Of a stretch of DNA of 64,000 nt, positions 27,962-37,741 are shown piece after piece. The stretch's first letter is position 1; each line of letters begins with the position of its first letter. This stretch comes from an uncultured virus (IMG/VR IMGVR_UViG_3300031772_000017). Its lineage: Duplodnaviria; Heunggongvirae; Uroviricota; Caudoviricetes. The DNA lies in IMG/VR virus record IMGVR_UViG_3300031772_000017; one strand, 5' to 3'. Made by a program: the position numbers and the translations under genes. The notes under the pieces were generated by a model. It made no database searches, was not told where the DNA came from, and saw only the letters and a list, made by a program, of their open reading frames with translations.

Positions 27962-28504
27962 TCACATTCCCGGTTTCCAAAAAGTGATATCAGGAGTATA
28001 GCTCTTGTTCACTGTATAATCCCATGTGAAAGTGAATCCATGATCCAACAACCATCCGGCTACGTTCGATTTCAAATCCTGGTAAATAGCAATTCGTCCT
28101 CGTTCCACGTCCTTAAAACGCTCCGCTAAACTCTCAAGACAATTCTCTTCACAGAATGGAGCATCAATGCGGAGATAGTCAATCTTCTCAATCCCATACA
28201 GAGACATAAACGTATCGAGTCGCATCGTCCACGTCAATCGAAAGCTTTCGGGTTTATCCGTTCGGAAGAAGGGATTCACAAGAGTACTTTGTCCATTGGG
28301 ATATTTGAACAATGGTTCTTGATTATCCCCCAGGTCGACCGCAAACGGAAGCAGCGTGAGTCGAGGATATGATCGTGACTTTATCTGCAAGTCTCGAAAC
28401 TTCTCAACATCAGGTTCAAACGCATAGACATTCGCCTCTGCATTCGCAAGAAAATGAAACGTCTCAATCCCTTCATGCGCCCCGACTTCAACAATCGTAC
28501 TCAT
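27962..28504 (-). CDS. FkbM-family methyltransferase (divergent paralog)
   Basis: VEVGAHEG, YAFEPD, RLDTFM..IDYLRIDA. Confidence 0.8.
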   Translation of the reverse strand: MSTIVEVGAHEGIETFHFLANAEANVYAFEPDVEKFRDLQIKSRSYPRLTLLPFAVDLGDNQEPLFKYPNGQSTLVNPFFRTDKPESFRLTWTMRLDTFMSLYGIEKIDYLRIDAPFCEENCLESLAERFKDVERGRIAIYQDLKSNVAGWLLDHGFTFTWDYTVNKSYTPDITFWKPGM

Positions 28505-29154
28505 GTGTCCCTCTTAATGATCCAATACCTCCGCTGTCCCTGTCGGAAATATCCACTGTTCTTTTCTTCCCAATCATAGTAATGGGCGCCTCCATTAGGG
28601 GGAATATTCAATTCAGGTACATCATAGCGATTCCATGTTGCGCCCAACGATTCAACACAATTCTGGAAGTTGTTTGCCGACATCACTGTACCGATACGAT
28701 TCACTGCATGATCGTATTGATCCATCTCATGTTTCTTCTGCTCATATGTAGGATCGATCAAATCAATGATTTCCGTTTCAAGACATAGTATGGGGGCTAA
28801 CTTCAAACAACACGCTAAATCCTGCTTCCAGTTATCGAGGTGATAGAGCAATCCCCAATGAACGATTAAATCAAAGGGCCCCGGCACGGTCCACTCCTTA
28901 TCCTGATCCACTAGATAGGCTTCAAACCCATCCTCTTTCATGAAGTCCACGAAGAATTGTCGTCCATCTGTAAAGACAGCTTCAGCCCCTAATTTTGCAA
29001 GCAATCGTCCGTTGTTCCCATGCCCACAACCCACGTCAAGGATTCGTTTCCCTGGAAACCAATCTGCTCCCAATACTTGCACAAGTACATTGACCCGTGC
29101 AGCGTTCCATTGATCGCAACTCTCATGTTGAAAATAATCATGCTTCGTCGTCAT
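28501..29154 (-). CDS. class I SAM-dependent methyltransferase
   Basis: ILDVGCGHG, FDLIVHWGLLYHL; GGAG RBS before MTTKHDY. Confidence 0.85.
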   Translation of the reverse strand: MTTKHDYFQHESCDQWNAARVNVLVQVLGADWFPGKRILDVGCGHGNNGRLLAKLGAEAVFTDGRQFFVDFMKEDGFEAYLVDQDKEWTVPGPFDLIVHWGLLYHLDNWKQDLACCLKLAPILCLETEIIDLIDPTYEQKKHEMDQYDHAVNRIGTVMSANNFQNCVESLGATWNRYDVPELNIPPNGGAHYYDWEEKNSGYFRQGQRRYWIIKRDT

Positions 29155-29155
29155 C

Positions 29156-29962
29156 TTAAACTCCATCGTATGCCGTGATATTGTATTTGGTTGTCGACCA
29201 AGGGTACCAATCTATCTCTGGAAAACTGGGGGTGTATGTCGCAACTTCTGGCCCATTGTTATTCAGCGCATGCCCCCACTTCTTCTGATAGTACGCTTGA
29301 GCACGAAGCAACGTCTTGTTTCTGTCGCGTCCATCTTCTGGTTGAATCCGTTCCATGTGCCAGTGGACGTTTTCATAGTTCGGGTCACACGCTTTGCTGT
29401 TCAGTTCTGTGCGAATCGCCTTCTGGATACCAATGGGATTCATGGTGAATCCCCAGTCATGCGTATCTTCAATACTCATTCTCATCTTGTCGTATCCCGA
29501 ATGAAAGACTCGCTTCATGAAATCGGCATCCCCGCAATAGGGAGAACAGAATCGCTCATCCCAATACCCCGACTTTCTTAACACATCCAACGTGATATAG
29601 TAGAACTGATCTCCCGCTGGACCCCAAATAAAATCGTAGTGCTTGCGCCATTCTCTCAACCATGTCGCAAACTCAGGATGAATGTATGTATCATCTTGAA
29701 TACAGGCTATGTTGTTAGAATGTTGCAAGGCTTTGAGAAACACACTATTCCAACTTCGCGCATTCCATAAGTTCGATTCGTCTGTGTTCAAACTATTGAC
29801 AACAACTCGATCCACATAACTTTCTGACTCAAGGGAAAGAGATACGAGAGAATGGTTCGACATGACATTGGAACGAATGCCCTGTCGTCCTAATTCTGTC
29901 ACTAGACGATTGAGTGCTACAGGACGATTGAACGTCAGAATCCAGGTTGATAGATTATCCAT
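29156..29962 (-). CDS. GT-A fold glycosyltransferase-like protein
   Basis: Start MDNLSTWILTFNRP; ARSWN, IQDDT, GYWDERF, GDADF. Confidence 0.7.
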   Translation of the reverse strand: MDNLSTWILTFNRPVALNRLVTELGRQGIRSNVMSNHSLVSLSLESESYVDRVVVNSLNTDESNLWNARSWNSVFLKALQHSNNIACIQDDTYIHPEFATWLREWRKHYDFIWGPAGDQFYYITLDVLRKSGYWDERFCSPYCGDADFMKRVFHSGYDKMRMSIEDTHDWGFTMNPIGIQKAIRTELNSKACDPNYENVHWHMERIQPEDGRDRNKTLLRAQAYYQKKWGHALNNNGPEVATYTPSFPEIDWYPWSTTKYNITAYDGV

Positions 29963-31157
29963 TGATGAGCCCCCATTCCTTGATTGCTTCGTGATACTCT
30001 TTCCCGTATGTATGATCGATGGCCTGACGCATCGCGTGACACCCCGCAAGCGTTCCCCCTGGATGCCCGTGCAGTGCGCCTCCAACATTTGCCATATAAT
30101 CATTACCAACATTCTTTGTGACATGATTGACAAGTCCTGGGTGCATTCCACACGACAACGCGGGAAGCACATTATGGGAGTGCAGCAAGTCCATGACACT
30201 TTTCAATTCCTTGGTATCTTCTTGCATGTATCCACCAAACATCCCCGCATGGATAGAGTCAACTCCCGCAAGGGCAGCAAGTTGACACATCGCATACCAT
30301 GACATACCAAACGCATTTTTGCTATGGGTGATAACTTTATCCCCGCTCTTTTGATAGTGCAGGAACAATGGAAGGTTCAGTCGGCGAATGGAATGATACG
30401 CACCCAATCCACTCCAGAAATTGATATGCACCCCATTCGCACCTTCTTCAGCAAGGAACAACGCTCGCTTCTCAATCACATGTGGGTCTCCGTTAATCGA
30501 GAAGCAATAGACAACTTTACGACCACACTTATGTAAATAGCTTGTGATGATCGGCACTCGTTCTTCCAAGCTACAGAATGCGGGATTGGAAAGGATTTCA
30601 TCTTCCTTGATGAAGTCCACGCCACCATCCACCAACTCTTTCACCATGTCTAGCAATTGATTCGGGCGTAACCCAGTCTTGGGCTTGATGATTCCTCCGA
30701 AGATGGGCTTATCGTATTGCCCGGTGAGCGCACGGATACCACGGATACCGTACTTAGGTTGCTGGAAATGTTTACGCACCGATTCAGGAATTTGTAATGA
30801 CTCAATGCGACAATGAGTGATATGGGCAATGTCGGCTTGCCCACCAAGAATTTGGCACATGAGATGGGCAATACCATCCCCCTCCCAATCGGTGTTGATG
30901 ATCGGGAAAGCAATTTTTATCGTTGGTCGTTCTTCTCGGTATTCTGAATCGAAGTCGGTATGTAATACCAGACACGCATGGTTCTCAAACAGTTCATCCG
31001 TTTCCCAGTGATTGCGGATATTGGGGTTGCCCATGCTCTGCCCGATAGCCAAATCAAATGCTGACTTCTTGACGCTGTGAGTGCTATCAAGTTGATAGGA
31101 AACAACTAGATACTTCTCAGGGTCAATAGAACTCTCATCACGAAAAATATTAAACAT
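29955..31157 (-). CDS. RuBisCO-like protein (form IV, RLP)
   Basis: GGIIKPKTGL, GGVDFIKEDE, PALSCGMHPG, NVGGALHGHPGG..AG..AMRQA; several carboxylase residues are substituted. Confidence 0.9.
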   Translation of the reverse strand: MFNIFRDESSIDPEKYLVVSYQLDSTHSVKKSAFDLAIGQSMGNPNIRNHWETDELFENHACLVLHTDFDSEYREERPTIKIAFPIINTDWEGDGIAHLMCQILGGQADIAHITHCRIESLQIPESVRKHFQQPKYGIRGIRALTGQYDKPIFGGIIKPKTGLRPNQLLDMVKELVDGGVDFIKEDEILSNPAFCSLEERVPIITSYLHKCGRKVVYCFSINGDPHVIEKRALFLAEEGANGVHINFWSGLGAYHSIRRLNLPLFLHYQKSGDKVITHSKNAFGMSWYAMCQLAALAGVDSIHAGMFGGYMQEDTKELKSVMDLLHSHNVLPALSCGMHPGLVNHVTKNVGNDYMANVGGALHGHPGGTLAGCHAMRQAIDHTYGKEYHEAIKEWGLING

Positions 31158-31196
31158 TGCAAATTTCCTTTCCGCTTTTCTTATAGATCACATAAC

Positions 31197-31517
31197 TCAT
31201 ACCAAATACTTATCTCCTATCACAGAAGGCACTTTCACCACCACGATGGTACTCTTTTCATGCACGATGCAATCACTCACTTCATCTTTCTCGAAAATGA
31301 AAATATCCCCAGGCACTAAGAGTCGTCCGTTACACGTCATGGACCCACTCACAAACACATTCATCTCTTCAACCAAGTGATGATAATGTAATGGTATATA
31401 GGCACCCTTCTCATGGATCATCACAGAAATTTCAAACTCAGTCGTGCGAATCAGTGAAGGCTCAAAGTCACCGATGATCCATCCATTCTTAAATTCTTCC
31501 AACCGACGCATTCTCAT
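31197..31517 (-). CDS. cupin-fold protein
   Basis: GWIIGDFEPS, HYHH..EEMNVFVSG, GDIF, VVVKVPS. Confidence 0.8.
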   Translation of the reverse strand: MRMRRLEEFKNGWIIGDFEPSLIRTTEFEISVMIHEKGAYIPLHYHHLVEEMNVFVSGSMTCNGRLLVPGDIFIFEKDEVSDCIVHEKSTIVVVKVPSVIGDKYLV

Positions 31518-32887
31518 GTATGATGCTCCCTCAAATAATGATTCAAGTCCTCTGGTGTTCCAAGGGACCACATTTTCTGAATGTTCTTCACACGAATCTT
31601 CTTCCCATCAGCAATCGCTTCATTGTAGACAGGACACACATAGAATTCATTATTGACACGAATGTTCTTCGTCATCATTTGTTCTGCGTACTTCACAAAG
31701 TCTGATCCATGCGTCCAGTAATAGAGTCCCACTGTCGCATCATCGGAAATGACTTTCTTCTCCGCAACTTCACTGACAAATCCTTGCTCATCCACTTTCG
31801 CAAACGAATATTGAGGATGGACGGACTTAAACGTGATAATGCCTCCATCGATCCCTGCTGCGGAGAACGCATATAAGCATTCATTGGAGTTCCATTCTAC
31901 CGATTGATCGGAGTTCGCAATCAACATGGGCTGCTCGTTGTCGATGAGTGACTTCGCAAGGAGTACCGTACACGCGGCTCCCTCTGTCACTCCATCTGCT
32001 TGCACGATATCGCACCCAGGAGCGACCATGTTCAGCATGTACTTGAGTTGATACTTCTCATAGTGCGCTTTCTGCACGATGAATATATAGTGCGCATCAA
32101 TATTGAGACTTTCCTTAACAACTTGGATCATTGGTCGTCCGTTGACTTCAATCAGGGGCTTCGGGAATGTATATCCCGCTGTAGCAAAACGCGACCCATG
32201 ACCCGCCATTGGTACAATAACGTTCAACTTCTTGTCACGCCAGGGAATCGTCTTATGAACAATCCCCCTGAAGTAGTCAGCAATAGTCTCACCGAGGGCA
32301 TGGTTGACTTCAGAGGGGTCACAAACGGGAATCAAGTGTGCGCCCGAGGCTATCGCTCCCTCACGTCCTATATGCGAATCCTCCACAACGACTGTGTTAT
32401 TCACGTCCGTCTTGAGGGCAATCATGCACTTCCAGTACATCTCAGGAAACGGTTTAGGGTGTCGTACATCTTCATTGGACACAAAATAGTCTACTTGTTC
32501 CATCACTCCTAGACGACTGAGGGCCATCACTAATGTCTGTCGAATACTATTGGACGCAACGGCAATCTGAATTTGTTCCATTTTGAGAATTTCAAAAATA
32601 GAACAAAGATCACCGTCACGCTGAATATTCTCATAAAGTTCTACAGTGTAGCGTTGTTTGGATTTCCATATCTGATCGTAGAACGTCGCAGGTAATCCCT
32701 TTTCTTTCGTGAGAAGCAACAGTTTCTTCGTTGTCGGTAATCCATCGTACTTGGACAAATGCTCATCCCAGGAAATGATGAACTTATGACTCACATCCGA
32801 CAACGCTTGATTCAGAGCTTTGAAGTGAAATTCTCTTGAGTGAATAAGTACACCGTCCAAGTCGAAAATGACCAATTTATTTCGCAT
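31514..32887 (-). CDS. HAD phosphatase/phosphomutase fused to a sugar-phosphate nucleotidyltransferase
   Basis: N-terminal FDLDGVL, ASNS, KPFPE, VEDS; C-terminal VPMAGHGSRF..PKPLI, TEGAACT, IANSDQ, EKKVIS, NEFYVCPVYN, LGTPEDL. Confidence 0.9.
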   Translation of the reverse strand: MRNKLVIFDLDGVLIHSREFHFKALNQALSDVSHKFIISWDEHLSKYDGLPTTKKLLLLTKEKGLPATFYDQIWKSKQRYTVELYENIQRDGDLCSIFEILKMEQIQIAVASNSIRQTLVMALSRLGVMEQVDYFVSNEDVRHPKPFPEMYWKCMIALKTDVNNTVVVEDSHIGREGAIASGAHLIPVCDPSEVNHALGETIADYFRGIVHKTIPWRDKKLNVIVPMAGHGSRFATAGYTFPKPLIEVNGRPMIQVVKESLNIDAHYIFIVQKAHYEKYQLKYMLNMVAPGCDIVQADGVTEGAACTVLLAKSLIDNEQPMLIANSDQSVEWNSNECLYAFSAAGIDGGIITFKSVHPQYSFAKVDEQGFVSEVAEKKVISDDATVGLYYWTHGSDFVKYAEQMMTKNIRVNNEFYVCPVYNEAIADGKKIRVKNIQKMWSLGTPEDLNHYLREHHT

Positions 32888-33494
32888 CTCTATGTACCTT
32901 ATTATGTCTCACTACGGACAACGGGTTGCACACAATCTCTGCCTTGTCACGTACACGAAGCGACCATTCAACATCTTCTGGTGAACCTGGGGGCATGGCT
33001 TCGTTGATGGGATTGTCTCTGAGGAAGTCTCGCTTCACAAGAAAATACCCACCACTGATATACTGATACTTAGTCTGACTCCAATCCTCATAGTCGAGCG
33101 AATGGTACCGCGGGAGTGTTGGATGATCCCACAGCACCCAGTCAGTGAAATGTCGTTTGCCGTTGAGCAGATATTGAGGATTTGAACAGATACCCCATTT
33201 ATCCCCGAACCTATAATATCCTTCATACCACTCAGGATCAAACACATAATAATCATGGAGCAACACCAGGTTTTCGTATTGCGCCAACTTCGCCACAAGA
33301 TTTTTCTTCTTCGGTAACCACCCATCCGATAACACATGCTGTACTAGAGGATTAACACCCGAATGATCGTTCGCGTATGATCCCGCCACTAGAATTTCAA
33401 ATTTTGGAATCTTCAGTGCATTGATCGACTCAATCACGGCATTTAATCGTGGGATATCATCATAAATTGTCATGATCCCGAATGTCATTTGCAT
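32877..33494 (-). CDS. GT2-like glycosyltransferase
   Basis: TFGIMT, KKKNL, LLHDYY, ISGGYFLVK, EDVEWS. Confidence 0.75.
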   Translation of the reverse strand: MQMTFGIMTIYDDIPRLNAVIESINALKIPKFEILVAGSYANDHSGVNPLVQHVLSDGWLPKKKNLVAKLAQYENLVLLHDYYVFDPEWYEGYYRFGDKWGICSNPQYLLNGKRHFTDWVLWDHPTLPRYHSLDYEDWSQTKYQYISGGYFLVKRDFLRDNPINEAMPPGSPEDVEWSLRVRDKAEIVCNPLSVVRHNKVHRDAK

Positions 33495-34516
33495 GGTTGC
33501 AGTATCCCCAAAATATCACTCACGGTATGCTTGACGAGGTGCGTCGATAACACGTATCTCTGTGCTTCTAATAAATGCGTGCTAGTCACTCCTCGAAACA
33601 ACTGTAGATAGTGTTGTAGTTCTGTGGGAGTCTTGTATGTTGCTCCATATTCTCGCATCAGTTCCGCTCCCGCAATCTCTCTTGCTACCCACGGAGTCAT
33701 GTTCAACATCGCTTCCAGAAGCACTAATCCAAATCCTTCTGAGTAACTGTTGAGTATATAGAGGTCTGTTTCCAGTAACGCATCCAACATATCTTGTCGT
33801 TCCGTAAAGAGAAACGATCTGATATGTTCGTTGCTCGCGGGCATGATCTCGAAACGATTATCATATCCCGTAAGGACCAATGTCGTATCATCACGTTTCG
33901 CTTTCTGAAATACTCCAACCAGTTCATCGAACGCTTTATTTGGCCAGAATCCACCGGATGAGAGGAACATATAGGGGGTTGTGATATTGTACTTCTCACG
34001 GAATCCAGGTCGTCCAACTGACGTGTGATTGTTAATCCCATGACGGACTCGGACAGCACGATCATTCGAATTGTAAGATTGCACATAGCGCCAATCTGCA
34101 AGTGTCGAGCATCCAATATACATCACACGATGCAATGCGCTTACACACGTCTGAGAGTGTGAGGGAAGAATCAATAAGTAGAGAACAGGTCCTCCCCATT
34201 TTTCTGCATTATTCAAGACGTAATTCTGGACAGCAACATCTCCGCCATGCACGACAATCAAATCCCATAGCTCCCTCAAAATCTCTGGATTGGATGAGAC
34301 ATGGATACCATTATAATCACCTTTATGTTCTCCTGCAAACACAGCGACTCGGTGACCGCGCGCCTTCATTTCCTCTGCCATGTCCCGCACATAGTTTTCG
34401 GAGCCCCCCTGGAATGGAGCGTAGCGATGCACAACAAACAAAATTCTATACGCCCTGAACACCTGTTGCACAGGAACTTTCGTCGATTCTGGCTCAGGAG
34501 CATACGATGTGGTCAT
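33485..34516 (-). CDS. GT4-like (GT-B) glycosyltransferase
   Basis: HRYAPFQGGSE, GGFWPNK, SEGFGLVLLEAM. Confidence 0.85.
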   Translation of the reverse strand: MTTSYAPEPESTKVPVQQVFRAYRILFVVHRYAPFQGGSENYVRDMAEEMKARGHRVAVFAGEHKGDYNGIHVSSNPEILRELWDLIVVHGGDVAVQNYVLNNAEKWGGPVLYLLILPSHSQTCVSALHRVMYIGCSTLADWRYVQSYNSNDRAVRVRHGINNHTSVGRPGFREKYNITTPYMFLSSGGFWPNKAFDELVGVFQKAKRDDTTLVLTGYDNRFEIMPASNEHIRSFLFTERQDMLDALLETDLYILNSYSEGFGLVLLEAMLNMTPWVAREIAGAELMREYGATYKTPTELQHYLQLFRGVTSTHLLEAQRYVLSTHLVKHTVSDILGILQPCK

Positions 34517-35397
34517 GAATACTTCCTTTCAAATGCCTCTTTAATTTCAGGGACCCTATCATATTGGTGGACAATCGCATACGGAATTCCTGCCGGGGTT
34601 TCTACTTGCACTTTCTTTTCATTGAAGGATGGACGGACAAGCGGAAGGAATTGAAGATAGCGATGCAATTTTCGTGGGTCCATCGTCGTGCCTAATTGTG
34701 AAGCCCAAGGTGTATCAATATCCGTGATTTCTGTTGTGTTTCGATATGCGGGGGTTGAGAGAATAAGATTGAGAGCCGCTTGGTCGGGTCCTCCACCACC
34801 AGGAACATGCTGTGTCGCATTCACAGACAGAAGCCAAATTGTCTTACAGAGTCCCACAAACATATCCAATCGTCCTGCAAGAACACCGCAATTGATAATC
34901 TCATTTCCCTTGTGCGCTTCATACATGATCTCTCCAAATGACTGCTTGAGATTATTCTTACCCCACACTTCATGTTCATACTTAATCGACTCAGAGGATA
35001 CGATCAATTCATTCTGTCCCTGTCGCTTTTCAAGATACTCTGAGGGGTTGGTCTGAAAGACCACATCACGAACATCGGTCGCAATGACGTATCTGATTTC
35101 CTGATTGATCGTAGTTTTCTGAAGTTGTGGAAGGAAGAGGAATAAATGAAGGAAACGGTCAACTACAATGTTGAAATTCTCATTCGGGTACGTGCACTTA
35201 CCCTGAGAATCTTTTTGAAATCCAATGACAATATAATTGCGGTCCGTGAGTTCTTTCACTGTTGCTGCGTCAAGATTGTACGCAATGACAACCTTCTTGC
35301 CCGTGAACCCACAACGATCAAGGCTGTTCGCCCAATACTTGATTTGATCCCACTTGTACCCTGTTACGGCTCCTACGACACAATCACACGATTCCAT
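34513..35397 (-). CDS. GT-A fold glycosyltransferase-like protein
   Basis: TDVRDVVFQTNP, NCGV, DQAALN, VHQYDR; GAGG RBS before MESCDC. Confidence 0.7.
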   Translation of the reverse strand: MESCDCVVGAVTGYKWDQIKYWANSLDRCGFTGKKVVIAYNLDAATVKELTDRNYIVIGFQKDSQGKCTYPNENFNIVVDRFLHLFLFLPQLQKTTINQEIRYVIATDVRDVVFQTNPSEYLEKRQGQNELIVSSESIKYEHEVWGKNNLKQSFGEIMYEAHKGNEIINCGVLAGRLDMFVGLCKTIWLLSVNATQHVPGGGGPDQAALNLILSTPAYRNTTEITDIDTPWASQLGTTMDPRKLHRYLQFLPLVRPSFNEKKVQVETPAGIPYAIVHQYDRVPEIKEAFERKYS

Positions 35398-35425
35398 AAT
35401 ATCCTCATGATTAAAGTAGCTTTCT

Positions 35426-35454
35426 AGTATAGTGGAATTAGAAGGAGGTGTCAA
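35426..35454 (-). promoter_or_regulatory. sigma70-like promoter heading the glycosylation/RLP operon
   Basis: TTGACA-17 nt-TATACT. Confidence 0.8.
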
Positions 35455-35458
35455 TAAC

Positions 35459-35466
35459 TATTTATG
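35459..35466 (-). promoter_or_regulatory. putative late promoter (CATAAATA) heading the glycosylation/RLP operon
   Basis: Intergenic match to the T4 late consensus with one mismatch. Confidence 0.55.
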
Positions 35467-35470
35467 CACT

Positions 35471-36064
35471 CTAGATATAGTGTAAGTATCCTGACACAAT
35501 ATACTTGGAACCGCTAATCGGCTTACAACCCCGATGCACATGTGTCCACAGAGGGGGGAACATGAGCACTCGTCCTTGAACTGCGGGAATCACAAATGAA
35601 GGTTTGCTTACATCCAATCCAAAGGTCGTTTCCCCTCCCACTTCTACCGTATTCAAATACCAAAGAAATGCAAGAAATCGTCTTGCAGTCCCATAACTTC
35701 CAACGTCTGTATGTGTACCAAATTCATCCTTATCATTTGGCTCATACTTCTTCATGCGGAACTGTTCATATCCAAACTGTTTCGGAAACTGCACCAGATA
35801 TTCGATATGGTGATTAGCCATATATGCTTTCCACAATGGATGTATCAGGTTCACCAACAATTCATGTTCATCATGCCAATGGAGGGAAATGTTGATCTCG
35901 GTAAATCGACGTGAGAGCCCCGCGGTTCCCAATGTGACTATTTGGTGATTTCCCTCATTCTCTTCAAACTTCCGAATCAATTTTTCACATAGCATTGAAG
36001 GTATCGCATCTTCATAGACCGTGGAAAAGGGTATGATGGATGAGTCTATGGAACTTTTTTTCAT
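35471..36064 (-). CDS. 2OG-Fe(II) oxygenase (prolyl-hydroxylase-like)
   Basis: HTD, FLWYLN, GGET, FPPLWTHVHRG, KYIVS. Confidence 0.88.
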   Translation of the reverse strand: MKKSSIDSSIIPFSTVYEDAIPSMLCEKLIRKFEENEGNHQIVTLGTAGLSRRFTEINISLHWHDEHELLVNLIHPLWKAYMANHHIEYLVQFPKQFGYEQFRMKKYEPNDKDEFGTHTDVGSYGTARRFLAFLWYLNTVEVGGETTFGLDVSKPSFVIPAVQGRVLMFPPLWTHVHRGCKPISGSKYIVSGYLHYI

Positions 36065-37461
36065 ACTTTCACCCCCCTGAAACTTCGTACAACCCGTTCA
36101 AATGGACGACGCTCTGCTTGCTTCTCTTGCCCTGACTCAGAGATGTTTGCTTGGGCGCACTGTGCGATATCATGCAATCGCATCTTGGAGTAATCCACAC
36201 CAATCATTCCCTTCTTGTTCACCCCTTTGTCCAGATACCTATTCTTAAGTTGCTTAATCATGTACTGATTCATACGCTCTAACTCCTCATTGCTGATAAT
36301 CGCAGCCATAAAATCCGCTGTCTGCGGCAATCCCCACGATTCAGATGTATCCGTAAGTTCCAAATCAGAATTCCCAAATCCTGCGCGGGTTGTTTGTGTC
36401 GCGGATACAATCGGAACCACTTCACTCTGCCCCAATCCACGTAACTCCTCTGCAATCGCTTTGACATAGGTGTAAGAGTTGACGTTTCCACCCATACGAA
36501 TTCGTGAGGATGCACAAATGTTCAGATAGTCGATGAAAATGATATGGGGTTTGAAGGACTTCTTCAATGCAAGTTCGTTGAGCAATGAACGGAAATGCAG
36601 TGTTGATGCTGATGCTGTCGGATATTCCTTGATAATCAGCTTTCCGTGCGCCCTAGAACGTAGCGCGGCAAACTTCGCATCATACTCCGGCTTTGTGATC
36701 TGTTGAAGTAAGTTAAGGTCGACGTTCAGCAAGTTCGCATCAATACGTTTCGCAATTTGCTCCTCTGCCATTTCCATTGTGATGTACAGGACATTATACC
36801 CAAGCAAAAGTTGCGAGGCTGCACAATGGCACATCAAAAGAGTTTTCCCCACACCCGTTCCCGCAAGCCAGATATTCAGCGTCTTGTCAGAGAATCCCCC
36901 ATTCGTGATCTTGTTGAAGAATTCAAGATCAAATGGTATCTTGTTATCCTTTTTATGATAGTACTCAAATCGTCTATCCGAATCGAGCAGATAGTTGTGC
37001 CCTACACTAGGGTCAAATGATACACCTAAGGCTTTGATAAGAAGATCGGGAATTCCTTCCTTGGATGTCTTGCCTGTCCCTGCTTTCGTCTCATCAAGTG
37101 CAGCAACAGCTTCTAACACTGCATTATACAACGCAGCATCCTTACAAAACTTCTCCGTCTGATCGTTCAGCCACGGTATGTCAGTGGGTTCAGAACGACC
37201 ACTATGGACTTGCTTGAGGAGTTCGATCCCATCACGGATTTGTTCCTCTTTCAAGCTATGCGATTCTGTCAAGTTAATGATGAGAGCTTCGTGCGTCGGA
37301 GGATTCTTATACTTGTCCACAAACGCACTTACTTCTTTGAAAAGAAGCTGTTCCGTGGGTTCTTTGAAATAATCTGCACGAAGGAAGGGAAGAACCTTCC
37401 TCATGTAGTTTTCATTGTAAATCAGGTTCTTGAGTATCGTCGATTCTAGTCGGACCATCAT
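36061..37461 (-). CDS. 41: T4-like replicative DNA helicase gp41
   Basis: LAGTGVGKT, ITMEMAEE, IKEYPT, IDYLNIC, SATQTTR, KQLKNRY. Confidence 0.95.
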   Translation of the reverse strand: MMVRLESTILKNLIYNENYMRKVLPFLRADYFKEPTEQLLFKEVSAFVDKYKNPPTHEALIINLTESHSLKEEQIRDGIELLKQVHSGRSEPTDIPWLNDQTEKFCKDAALYNAVLEAVAALDETKAGTGKTSKEGIPDLLIKALGVSFDPSVGHNYLLDSDRRFEYYHKKDNKIPFDLEFFNKITNGGFSDKTLNIWLAGTGVGKTLLMCHCAASQLLLGYNVLYITMEMAEEQIAKRIDANLLNVDLNLLQQITKPEYDAKFAALRSRAHGKLIIKEYPTASASTLHFRSLLNELALKKSFKPHIIFIDYLNICASSRIRMGGNVNSYTYVKAIAEELRGLGQSEVVPIVSATQTTRAGFGNSDLELTDTSESWGLPQTADFMAAIISNEELERMNQYMIKQLKNRYLDKGVNKKGMIGVDYSKMRLHDIAQCAQANISESGQEKQAERRPFERVVRSFRGVKV

Positions 37462-37741
37462 ATTCTCCTGATTTATTTTCATCTGCAATAATCGCTACCA
37501 GCACGTCACCGATATGTGTCATAAACTCTTGCGATTTCGTCAACTGATCTCTCGTAAAGCTTGCCGAATCCCATATCGTAAACTGATACGCCAATTTATG
37601 CACGTCTCCCTCGGGCACAATCTTGACGTGTCCATAATAATAGACAACGTGTTCAAATGGACCCCTGAGCAACTTGATTGCACTCACTAGATCATCCCCT
37701 AGAGGAATCTCCGTGAAGCAATAGTCCTCATTTTCCTTCAT
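37412..37741 (-). CDS. gp40-like protein
   Basis: Located between uvsX and 41 as in T4; size and beta-rich pattern are compatible. Confidence 0.5.
   Translation of the reverse strand: MKENEDYCFTEIPLGDDLVSAIKLLRGPFEHVVYYYGHVKIVPEGDVHKLAYQFTIWDSASFTRDQLTKSQEFMTHIGDVLVAIIADENKSGEYDGPTRIDDTQEPDLQ

Noticed and set aside
27868..27964. Possible TGA read-through extending the FkbM paralog by about 30 codons
   Set aside because: An open stretch this short is expected by chance, and no recoding signal is recognisable.
29955..31157. Bona fide carbon-fixing RuBisCO as an auxiliary metabolic gene
   Set aside because: Key carboxylase residues appear substituted, there is no small subunit or phosphoribulokinase, and the context is glycosylation.
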